Shown piece after piece: positions 52,330 to 64,000 of a stretch of 64,000 nt of DNA (the first letter of the stretch is position 1; the number at the start of each line of letters is the position of its first letter). Location: assembly GCF_006345805.1 (NCBI RefSeq), contig NC_042997.1:88784001-88848000 (forward strand). Direction: 5' to 3'. Position numbers and translations under genes: made by a program. The notes under the pieces are model-generated. The model was not told the origin of the DNA. It ran no database searches and saw only the letters and a program-made list of their open reading frames with translations. The stretch comes from Octopus sinensis (lineage: Eukaryota).

Positions 52330-52620
52330 TTGCAGAAATGATAGGAAAGGCCTTGTGACAGGACAGCGTCTACAGGCCAGAGGTTTCTGTGTGTTGGTAA
52401 GTGAGTGGGAGGCATTGCTAATCAACTTGGATGGTTTTCTTAAAGAAAAAGTGACAAGAAACTATGGAGTAACAAAGCTGAAATGCTGAAGTGCAAATCA
52501 TGTCTGGGGAATCTTACGGAGGAAAACAGTTCACCTAGCAAATTTGGGACGAAATAGATAAAATCTGGTCAGGTTTTTCAATAGCTAAATGAAATGCTAA
52601 ATTAGAATGGACAGTTTGTT
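52330..52620 (+). mobile_element. Possible very decayed RTE-like LINE fragment (Cys-rich segment)
   Basis: Faint resemblance (CVGK*VGG.., KC.SC.G); weak. Confidence 0.25.
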
Positions 52621-53317
52621 GACACAAAAGACGCAGTCTAATTTTTGTAGAGCATATTCAAGGAAAAGCTTTCAGTGTATTTATGTATGTAATATAGGCA
52701 AACTACGCATGACAGACCCGAGATAATATTTTAAAGCTTTTTTTTATTTATTGAAAAAAAAACCGCGTCATATGTGTCATCAAATACGCAAATATAAAAT
52801 TAAATATATTAACAATTATGATAAGCAACGCTCAATGTATTTTACTTCTATTTAATGGGATACATTTAGCTAATAATTTCGACAGCTAAATGACTCCCAT
52901 TACCCTCTACTCAGTTCCTTTACCTTCTTGAAATAGCAGCAATATCTACTCTAAGATACTCCAAATAGTCTTTAAAAAAACAAGGAACATTAGATAATAT
53001 AGTCCCGGATTACACTGTCTCAAAACGCATGTGGTTCCGACCCAATGACGTCATTTATAGCCCAATGTGTTTTGACACATGTTGTCTAAGAGGAGCGATT
53101 TCTCCCAGGACTATTTCCGCAGCGAAGAACCCTCTCATACTTGAGTATATTGAATGTACTAGATATCACTGTACATGTATATATAATGGTTTAGAAATTC
53201 TTTTTCCTAATGTTTTCTTTCCTAAGAACGTTTATACTTTTGTAAAGTTTTCATGCGAAGTCCGTCAGTCATTTTTTGCTTGATCTCTAGTATGTCATAA
53301 AATACATCGTCGCATGA

Positions 53318-53500
53318 TCTGCTAGGAAAAACTGACAAATACACATTAAATTATGCTCTGTCTGTTTAAAAATAGACGACGTATTGGATAATGTGGTTCT
53401 AGATATATAATTTTCGACAAAAGGATAGGATGGTCATTACTGAAACATCTTTGATCAGAGATATATCCGATCAACGTTTTTCTGGGACTAAACAACAGCA
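53318..53500 (+). mobile_element. Dispersed repeat family C
   Basis: gatctgctagg..ggataatgtggttctagat..ggatggtcattactg..ctgggactaaacaacagc. Confidence 0.5.
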
Positions 53501-54329
53501 GCAATAAAAACAATATCATGGTAGTGTAACTTAAGTATTCTGTGATTATCAGCTTACATGCAACGTAACTTGCAGCAGAAAACACGCAACACAATTTACA
53601 TGACATAGTTGAGGCTTAATTATTGATATAGCAATGCCAAATACAAAATTAATTACTCTCACTTAGCTGATTTTAAATGTAGGTGTCATGTAAATCTGTC
53701 GTGTAATTAGTAAACCAGAGTGATTGATACACACGGCGTGTGTAAAGATGTTAGCAAGTTTAATTTTGACTCAAACCGCACCAGCACTTTCGCTAGCAAC
53801 AGAACACCAGTACACACGTCTGTTATCATTTCATAATAGTCACCATCACAACCATTATCATCATCTCCTTCACCGCTGTAAGCATCATCATCGTCGCTAT
53901 CATCACTCTCTCGCCAACACAATTACCAACACACCAACACCACTTACATCATTCTATACTCTTCATCTCCATTGCTTCTTTTTCTCCCTTCTCTTCTTCA
54001 TGTTTTTCTTCAGTTTCCTTTTATTTCCGCAGTTTGCTACTTTAAAAGAGCAGAAGCTGTTATAATAGAGGTGTAAAAGAGACAACAAAGAAAATGCATA
54101 AATGAACGTGTATTGGTAATGCATTGACTTTTTGTTGTTTTTTTACGGATGCAATTTAAGGAATTTATACCTCCACAATCAATTCAGCTTGCGGGTAGAG
54201 GGATTAGTCGATTACATCGACCCCCGAAATGACTGATACTTTATTTTATCGGGAATTTGAAGGACAAGAACGTCAGCAACAGTAAAAAAAAAAAACGATA
54301 ACAGTAACAGCAACAACAATAATACCTTT

Positions 54330-54803
54330 TCTACTAAAGGTGCAAGGCCTGGAGTTTGGAGGGAGGGGAACAGTCGATTACATCGACCCCAGTACTCAAT
54401 TAATGCTTTATTTTTTCAACCTCAAAGGGACGAAAGGCAAAGTTGACTTCTACGTGATGAGAACTCAGAACAAGATATTGTCCCTTACGTTTTAACGATT
54501 TTGCCAAAATAAAGAAGTAGCAAGTCCTTAAAATCTACAGTTTCATAGCCTGCCTTCCTAAAGTTTACAAATACTTACTTGAATAATGTTTTTTCTGATA
54601 TAGTAACAGCGCCTGAAATTTTGGGAGAAGTTGACTAGTCGATTATATTACTCTTAGTGCTCAACTAGTACTTATTTTATCTATGCCGAGAGGATGAAAA
54701 GCAAAGCTGACCGCGGCGGAATTTGAGAGTAGAACGTAAAGACGAACGAAATGTCGCTAAGCATTTCGTCTGGAGTGCTAACGATTCTGCCAGCTCGCCA
54801 CCT
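54330..54803 (-). mobile_element. Two SINE family A copies (54330-54475 partial; 54605-54803)
   Basis: Reverse complements of family A body; second ends cgattctgccagctcgccacct. Confidence 0.8.
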
Positions 54804-55049
54804 TTACTTGCAATAATATTGCAGAGACTGAACAAACACCTGGGAGGTAGGAAAAAACCCTGTTTTTCAGAAAAGCAGAAAAATTGTTATAAAAAGTTAA
54901 ATGGTTATGAAAATTAATTACTGATCAACCAAACTATAAAGAAAATTGTTGTAAAAGAAAGAAAGGTCTGAGCATGACATAAATTGACTACCAGTAGGCT
55001 TTTGACAGTACTCCACGTGTACATCTTGGAAACAGTTGCCTTGGGCAAG

Positions 55050-55480
55050 TTAGCACTATTAATAAGCAGATGTATTAAATATGTGAGGAGTAAATGGGAA
55101 GCAATTCTGCAGTTCCAGACAAAAAGAAGGAATTATAAAATTAAACATTCCTCATTAGAAGAGGAACACCCCAAGGGAAGTGCTATCCAGTTCTTTCCTA
55201 CTTGGCGTTAATGTCTTCAACCAACATATTAAACTGTATTAGACTCGAATAAATTCCGTGGCAGGACAGACAACTATCGTTTGTGTATGGGCGACTTAAA
55301 GCTGTACGCTGAAAATAATAAAGAACTAGAAACACACCTGCAGAAAATACACGAGTTACTTAAGAAATTCATTTGATGCAGATCAAAAAAGAAAAAAAAC
55401 TGAAACCGAGATAAATTTGAAAAGAGGAAATTAATTAAAAATACAAATATCATGCTTGATAAAGAAACGGAAACAGGAAA
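55050..55480 (+). mobile_element. Decayed R4/Dong-type LINE RT fragment
   Basis: IRRGTPQG..LALM..NILN and MGDLKLYAENNKELE resemble RGI.QGD.LSP and YMDDLKLYA. Confidence 0.6.
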
Positions 55481-55544
55481 ATTACACCAGACTAACAAAT
55501 ACTAATCACCTAGCGAGACAGAAACTATAAAATATTCTTTTCTA

Positions 55545-56065
55545 CTCCAGGCACAAGGCCCGACATTTTGGGGAGTGGGTAGTCGATCAGATCGACCTCA
55601 TTTCACAACTGGTACTCAATTAATCGATTTCGAAAGGATGAAAGGCATAGTCGACCTCGGCAGAATTTGAACTCAGAACATAAAGACAAGCGAAATACCG
55701 CTAAGCATTTCGCCCGGCGTGCTAAAGTTTCTGCCAGCTCGCCGCCTACAGAAACCATAAAATATTAAAAGCATTCACGCTCTGACGATTCTGCCAACCC
55801 ACCGCCTCAAGCAAGAACAGTAGTAACTCTAGTCGCAGCAGCAGTTACAACTACTACAACAATAATAACAACCCTTTCTACGATAGGCACTAAGTCTGAA
55901 ATTTTAGGGGAGTGAGCTAGTCGATTACATTGACTGGTACTTATTTTATCGACACCGAGAGGATAAAAAGCAAAGTCAAGCTCGGTGGAATTTGAGCTCA
56001 GAATGTTAAGGCGGATGACATGCCGCTAAACATATTGTCCGATGTACTAACCAGCCAGCTCACCT

Positions 56066-56066
<1 letters not shown>
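55545..56066 (-). mobile_element. Two SINE family A copies (55545-55747; 55875-56066)
   Basis: Reverse complements of family A head and body. Confidence 0.85.
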
Positions 56067-56096
<30 letters not shown>

Positions 56097-56141
56097 GACG
56101 ACGACGGCGACGACGATGATGATGATGGTGATGATGATGAT

Positions 56142-56183
<42 letters not shown>

Positions 56184-56477
56184 TTTTAACATAGACAGGG
56201 AACCAGAAATTTAAGGGGTAGAGAACAGTGAAATTGATCTCAATATGTGACTGGCATTTTATTTAATTGATTCTGGATGAATGAAGAGCAAGTTTGACTT
56301 CAATGGAATTTGAATTCTGAACGATGCTGAGGTCATAAATATCTTTCATCTATTCGAGTTCGATTATAAAGGAATTATTAGTCAAGTACTAAGGCCAATA
56401 CAATTAACCATTACCTTACCTTCACAAATTTTTTTGCCATGTGTCTGTGCCAAACATTATTATAATTATTCCTTTGG

Positions 56478-56690
56478 GGTGGAGAGCTGGCAGAATTACT
56501 TGCACGCCGAACAGAATGCTTAGCGACATTTCGTCTCTCTTGATGTTGTGAGTTCAAATTTCTTCGAGGTCGACTTTGCCTTTCGTCCTTTCGGGGTCGA
56601 TAAAATAGGTACCAATTAAGCATTGGGGGTGATGTAATCGATTCACACCATCCCCTGATCTTGATGGCCTTGTACCACAAGTTTCAAATC
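56478..56690 (+). mobile_element. SINE family A, short-tail variant
   Basis: gagagctggcagaa..gagttcaaa..cgactttgcctttcgtcctttcggggtcgataa..ggccttgtaccacaagtttcaaa. Confidence 0.85.
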
Positions 56691-56710
56691 ATTATTGTGA
56701 TTATTCCCAT

Positions 56711-56810
56711 GAAGAAGAAGAAGAAGAAGAAGAAGAAGAAGAAGAAGAAGAAGAAGAAGAAGAAGAAGAAGAAGAAGAAGAAGAAGAAGAAGAAGAAGAA
56801 GAAGAAGAAG
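56711..56810. repeat. (GAA)n, about 33 perfect units
   Basis: Direct reading; source of the poly-K/poly-L/poly-F ORFs. Confidence 0.97.
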
Positions 56811-57096
56811 AGAAAGGAAGAAGATGAACAGCAACAGCAACGAGAGCGATTATTGTGATCATTTAACATGTTTATTATTTTTGCTGTTCTTAATTTAGGT
56901 TGGGGACGGCAAACTTGTAAAGTACCGGAAAGATGGCTACTGTTTTGTTTTAGGTAGGTTCTTTATTGCATTTTTGTAGTTCAAATCCCTGATGAGATCG
57001 ACTTTGCGTTCCTTTCGACCACTCCCTTATAAAGTTGTGGCCTCATGCCAATGTAAGAAAAAACAACCGCCTACCTATATATATATATATACATAA

Positions 57097-57144
<48 letters not shown>

Positions 57145-57219
57145 AAGCATATATATATAACTTATATCTAAAGCATACATATTCATCCATACATATATAA
57201 ACATATGCACATATATATG

Positions 57220-57259
<40 letters not shown>

Positions 57260-57287
57260 CATATATGTATATATGTATATATGTATA

Positions 57288-57328
<41 letters not shown>

Positions 57329-57335
57329 GTATGTG

Positions 57336-57454
<119 letters not shown>

Positions 57455-57869
57455 TTATTGTATCTCTTCTGGAAATTATCTTCTTGCCCTTTGCTTACAA
57501 TACATCAGTATGGTGGCTATAATAAACGAAAATCACAATCCCTCGAGTGTTTTGAAATTCCAGCAGCATATTATTGCTATAGTTGCATCAACTGTTGAGA
57601 GAAGTCGTGGTTGATGTTGCTTTAAGCTGAATAGTGGAATTATTCATGGTTTAAAATAATAAACGCTAGAAAAAGAACCACAAGGAAGGTCTTTTTGTGG
57701 CATGTTGAATACAAATTCACATTTGCTTTTGATTTTCGTATTAGAGGAATGTTAATTATGTCGGAATATTATGAAACATCAGCAAACTTCATTAGTGACC
57801 GGTTTACCGGTGTCACACAGACGATAAATGGGAAATTAGGGCGCCATATTCATTATGTCCTGCCGTTTT

Positions 57870-58530
<661 letters not shown>

Positions 58531-59499
58531 TAGATAGATAGATTATTAGACCTGAACTATAGTTGTTATCAGAACACTGGGGTGAATATTAATTTGTTGT
58601 GTATACGAAACAATGAAAATGCTAAAACCACTACCACTCTGTGACTAGTATTGTCATAGTGGGAATATATCATTAAAATGGCCGATAGAGGCACATAAAG
58701 AAACCATACATATAGAGAATAAAAAGAAGGAAGTATTGCCTCTTGACGGAAGTACAAAAGAGGTCACTGTAATGAAATATTCTCACATTATTTAAATAAG
58801 AATTCTTGCTGAAAATTTTGACGAAGCCGTTTACTTAAAATGTAAACACAAAAGTCGATATTTTCTTCGGATACAAGAAATAAAAGTCACACGGTTTTGT
58901 CAATAGGGTTGGACGACAAAGAACTCTGTGTATCGGTAAACGGGTGCTGAATATACACAGCTTGTAAAAGCTCGACTATAGGTTCTCTTTCAACTTCTGC
59001 GTTATCGCAGTACTGGGGCGCAGAGCAAAAGATATACATCAGAATCTGAGCATTCTAAGAAAGGTCTTTCGTAAACATTTCAAAGAATCCCTACAGATTC
59101 AGTCTGTCAGTAATACAGAAAAAATTTGCAGTTCATTAAGACGATCTTCCATGTCATAGTGCTTAGTGGCTCCGTAAAAGTTATGGTTGTAGGAATGAAT
59201 AGTCCCCTATGACGAGACGTAACTAACTTCAATACCACATTCGTTACATATGTATGTATGGGTGGGTGGATGGACAGATTTATATGTACGTATGTATGCA
59301 TGTTCTCTTTGTATCTTTTTAATTTAGAGTTAATTTTGACCAGTCACCTGTTTGGTAGCAATGCTTGAAAGGCAAGAATCTTGTTTTGTTCACCATCTTT
59401 TAAACCTTAAGAGGTTCTTGTAGATTTTTATTGTTCCAGATATCGTGATCATTTGTAGCATATAAATTAAGGAATTACATTCTCTCTCTTAGAACCAAC

Positions 59500-59830
59500 G
59501 TTCAGCCATACTTTACACCGGACGGGTTGGCACGTATCCTGTTGCTCCAATAATAATAGATATGAAATACTGAAAGTGTGTCTTGAGTACCAGATTGATA
59601 ACCTCTTTATCATCGTCCACAGATGCTTTCTTTCTCTTGTATTTCTTCACCATATTGGTTTCCAGAGGGCAGCTGATTTCAATAACAGAGAATATTTCTT
59701 CTTGTGGTCTCAATAACATCTAGCCGGTTGTGTTTTAATTCAGTGGTTGCTTAAATCTTTTAGTTCTGCCAGTATTTTTCTGACCCATCATTCTCAACTT
59801 CGTATGTTAGTATTTTCGTTTTTGTTATTC
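59500..59830 (-). mobile_element. Decayed restriction-like endonuclease region of an R4/Dong-type LINE
   Basis: IKHNRLD..VIEISCPLETN..IIIGATGYVP resembles KHNRPD..IE.SCP.D.N..IIIGALG. Confidence 0.55.
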
Positions 59831-60414
59831 TCATCCAGACAGTTCTAGCCAACGAAACATACCTCATGGAAAGATAACATCTAGAAGAGGTTCTCTCAAT
59901 ATATAATAATATATAATATATGAGTGTTTGCTTTAATAATATTAGTTTTTATGATAGTATTTGCTTTACTGTCTCCTATAAACTTTCTTGTCTTGTATAT
60001 TTTATAAATCCAATCTTTAATAATCATTGGCCAATTTTATGTTAAGCCTGCAATGGTTTACTGCGATACATCAATTTAGTGGAAAGAGAAAGCTAACGGA
60101 AGATAAAGGGTTGACAGAACTCTGATCCATATCTCTAATCATCATCAAAATAAAGAGGAGGTAATTAATATATCATGCTTGCGAATTATTGTCAACTGAA
60201 TGAATATTATTAATTGACTTCACTAATTATAGGTTATGATCGGAGCTATTTCATTATGGTGTCTAAGGACTTTAGAGGTTATTTTATTTTATATATATAT
60301 ATATATATATATAAATTTTACTTCATTCTCGACGAACCTCTCAATTATGCTGAATTCTATCCTAATTACGCTGAAAGAAAAATAATTATGTTTGTGAATA
60401 TGTGTGTATGTATG

Positions 60415-60459
<45 letters not shown>

Positions 60460-60592
60460 GCATACATATACATATACATGCATATATATAAACATACATA
60501 CACACACCCACACACCCACACATATATTTACATATATATAAATAAGGGTATTTGTGTGCATATATTTATGCATGTATATACATATGCATATG

Positions 60593-60632
<40 letters not shown>

Positions 60633-61127
60633 TCATATACACACACACATATATATCCCTATACATATATACATGTATGTATACACACATGTGTGTGTGT
60701 GTGTGTGTGTGTGTAGACAACACACTCGCATATATGCAAACATATAATGCTCACTGTCTCTCTCTATATATACAGATCTGAATTTTAAACCATAAAGTAC
60801 TTTATTATGTAAAGAAAAAGAAAGAAATCTCTAACACCAAGCACTGATACGAATATAACACCGTATCGTCTCTATTATTGCCAATACTGCTTTATAAAGA
60901 ATGCAGTACTACTTCAGATATAAGATATTGATGTTTTATATAGTCCACTTTGGACGCCATTGTGTTGCTATACACTCAAGCATTATAGACTGAAATTTGA
61001 GCTAACATGAGAGACTAAATGTTCGTTTGACCTCCTAGAAATAGTAGTCACATCTCCGTCAAATCACATATTTTGTCGTAGAAAAAATATGATATACCTT
61101 CCAAGTTTTTCTTTTTTTTCAGAGAAG

Positions 61128-61686
61128 AACAACGAAAAAATAGAGTACAGGACATACAATACAAGGAAAATTCCCCTTCTTCAGTCGCCTTTGTTTCATC
61201 TACTCCACGTTTCGAAAGTCAAGGCGAGACATGACTTTAATGAAACATTCCCTCCCGCGAAAAGCAAATTAAATAAAATTTGAGATTTTTTTGCGGAGGG
61301 GTAAAAATGGTAACAAAAACAGGACAGTAACGACAGTACAAAATATAAACAGTAAAAGACAGGACAAGGAGAATAACAGTAACACAGACAAGAAGGGCTG
61401 TTAAGCCGAACGAGATAAAATATTACGAACGCTATTTTTGGGAAAGGCGAAGTCCTGTACTCTATTTTTTCGTTGTTTAAGAAAAAATGTCCATTTCCTT
61501 GGTTTTGTGTTTATGTTTTCGTTTCTCATTGTGTTCGACGTTTTTTTGGTGTCCTGTACCCATATATGCATGTAGAGGTAGGTACGTGCATATATGTATG
61601 TATATATGCATATGTTTTATTTTATTTATTAATTTATTATATGACGGAACGCACGCATCCATTTCTAAGTAAAATTGTTCTAAATA
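61128..61686. repeat. Family U copy with internal inversion (61128-61440 minus; 61452-61686 plus)
   Basis: 61128-61440 is the reverse complement of 61966-62262; 61452-61686 matches 62237-62482. Confidence 0.9.
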
Positions 61687-61869
61687 TTAATAATGATGCG
61701 CACTCTTAACCTTTCTCTCCTCCTCCCTTTCTCAGCCTTCATTCTTTCGGGTTTCCTTTTCTTCTACCTTACTGTCTCTCCCCCTCTCTCTCTCTCATTC
61801 TTCATTCTTTCTGGTTTTCTCTACAACTATTCCCTTTTTTCTCTCTCTTTCTCTTGCTCCTCCTGCTCC

Positions 61870-62482
61870 CTCCCGTCGTTGACCTGCGACGAGAGCTCTG
61901 CTACTGTCTTTCTGACATGGCTTCCTTCAAGTGTAGACGGCATTTCTGTGGCTCCTTCGCGTTTTCAAAAATAGCGTTCGTAATATTTTATCTCGTTCGG
62001 CTTAACAGCCCTTCTTGTCTGTGTTACTGTTATTCTCCTTGTCCTGTCTTTTACTGTCGTTACTGTCCTGTTTTTGTTACCACTTTTACCCCTCCGCAAA
62101 AAAATCTCAAATTTTATTTAATTTGCTTTTCGCGGGAAAGAATGTTTCATTAAAGTCATGTCTCGCCTTGATCTTCGAAACGTGGAGTAGATGAAACAAA
62201 GGCGACTGAAGAAGGGGAATTTTCCTTGTATTGTATGTCCTGTACTCTATTTTTTCGTTGTTTGAGAAAAATGTCCATTTCCTTGGTTTTGTGTTTATGT
62301 TTTCGTTTCATTGTGTTCGACGTTTTTTTTTGGTGTCCTGTACCCATATATGCATATATATATACATGCAGAGGTAGGTACGTACATATATGTATGCATA
62401 TATGCATATGTTTTATTTTATTTATTAATTAATTATATGACGGAACGCACGCATCCATTTCTAAGTAAGATTGTCCTTAATA
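61870..62482 (+). repeat. Family U, longest copy
   Basis: Contains all segments found in the other copies; left boundary approximate. Confidence 0.85.
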
Positions 62483-62525
62483 TATACATATATATATATA
62501 TATATAATTATATATATATATATAT

Positions 62526-62560
<35 letters not shown>

Positions 62561-62563
<3 letters not shown>

Positions 62564-62903
62564 CAAAATAATATATAAAACATATGCATATATACATACA
62601 TACATGTACATACCTATATCTATATGTATATATACATGTATATATGGGTACAGGACACCAAATAAACGTTGAACACAATGAGAAACGAAAACATAAAAAC
62701 AAAAACATGGAAACGGACTTTTTTTCAAACAACGAAAAAACAGAGTACAAGACATACAACACAAGGAATATTCCCCTTCTTCAGTTGCTCCTGTTTCGGC
62801 TACTTCGCGTTTCGAAGGTAAGGGCAAGACGCAACTTCGTTGAAACAATCCTTCCCGCAAAGCAAATTTAATAATAAGTGGTAACAAGAACAGGACAGTA
62901 AAA
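62561..62903 (-). repeat. Family U, copy Z (same subtype as 1235-1655)
   Basis: Shares ttcaacgaagt.gcgtcttg..gaaacagg..caactgaag with the 1.3-kb copy. Confidence 0.85.
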
Positions 62904-62904
62904 A

Positions 62905-63130
62905 CGTGTGTGTCTGTCTATTTGTGTCTTTGCGTCTATGTTTGTCCACCTACCCACCGCGTGTTTGGTTTCTTTACGTCTTTGTAACTTAGCCCCTCGG
63001 CAAAAGAGACTGAAAGAATAAGTTGCAGACTTTAAAATAGGAATTGTGGATGATATGTTCTACTAGAAGCCTTCACTTCGGTGCCCCAGTATCAATGCAA
63101 TCCAGTGGCTGTAACAAGTAAAATATGAAG
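62905..63130 (+). mobile_element. SINE family B, 3' half
   Basis: (TG)n..ttacgtctttgtaacttagc..ggcaaaagagactgaaagaataag..aacaagtaaaa. Confidence 0.7.
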
Positions 63131-63549
63131 TATAAATGATCAACCACGCCAATCTCACCGGCGAAGAATTGCAAAGCCAAAGGTCATTTGCCACACGTTC
63201 TCACCTGACGCGAGCAAACACAGACACACACACACATACTCTTTCAGGCACCTCACCTTTGACTCAGCGGCACATCCAGGATCTGACAGCAGGATAGAAA
63301 GACAAAGAGAAAGAGAAAGAAAACGGTACACTTGCACCAAATTGGTACTCTTTTACAAATAAGTAGATTGCGGAAATATGAAATGAAGTATCTTCGCTCA
63401 AAAACGCTACGTATTACTTACTCGGCCTAGGAACTGAAATCTGTAACTACTAGGCCACGCGTCTCCACTCCTATGACTATCTTAGCAAGTGTAAAAAAAA
63501 TCAGTATAACTAAGGTGTTAATTCGGGTTAACAAAAAATTAGTCCAACC

Positions 63550-63640
63550 ACATGGTTCCGAGTTTAATCCCACCGTGTGGCGCCATGGGCAAATATCTTC
63601 TACTATAGACTCTGCGCTGACCAAAGTTTTGTGAGTGGAA
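63550..63640 (+). mobile_element. SINE family B, 5' fragment
   Basis: accacatggttccgagtttaatcccaccgtgtggcgccatgggcaaatatcttctactatag..ccaaagttttgtgagtgga. Confidence 0.75.
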
Positions 63641-63850
63641 TTCCACTGATGCGGGTTTAAACATTAACAGTAACAACAGTAACACCTGATATCGAATATG
63701 AAACATGTTTCATTCGACCGATTGGTGAAGATTCAAATGTCAAAATGCTTTAACTAATAACCCAGGGATGCACTATTTCTCCTCTCTACTTCTTTTATTA
63801 CTACTACATTGGTAGACGGAAAGAAACTGTGTGAAAGCCCGTCGTATATG

Positions 63851-63926
<76 letters not shown>

Positions 63927-64000
63927 GGGTAATAATACATTATTATTACCAGTGGCCTAGCACAAAAACGAATTAGTCATTAGACTATATATTATTCACA

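Overview
64 kb of AT-rich, microsatellite-saturated eukaryotic DNA, most likely a coleoid cephalopod (Octopus). That assignment is an inference from recalled SINE sequences and repeat style. I found no intact protein-coding gene: nearly all ORFs in the track are translated microsatellites. The window is a patchwork of tRNA-derived SINEs (at least 3 families) and decayed transposons: two mariner, Tigger/pogo, CR1/L2, RTE, HERO-like, R4/Dong-like and two Penelope-like (PLE) RT remnants. It also holds a piggyBac-type MITE and several long foldback elements. The most notable signals are small non-coding elements carrying minimal type-I hammerhead ribozyme folds. One (51776-51826, minus) has a compensatory G3:C8 swap of the catalytic-core pair and lies in a 208-bp insert flanked by a 9-bp direct repeat, with an apparent empty-site paralogue 1.2 kb away. 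The other (23077-23111, plus) is near-canonical. Also notable are a twin-priming-like inverted copy of an unclassified repeat (61.1-62.5 kb), a CCAAT/YY1/ETS motif cluster (about 50.0 kb) and two weak exon candidates.
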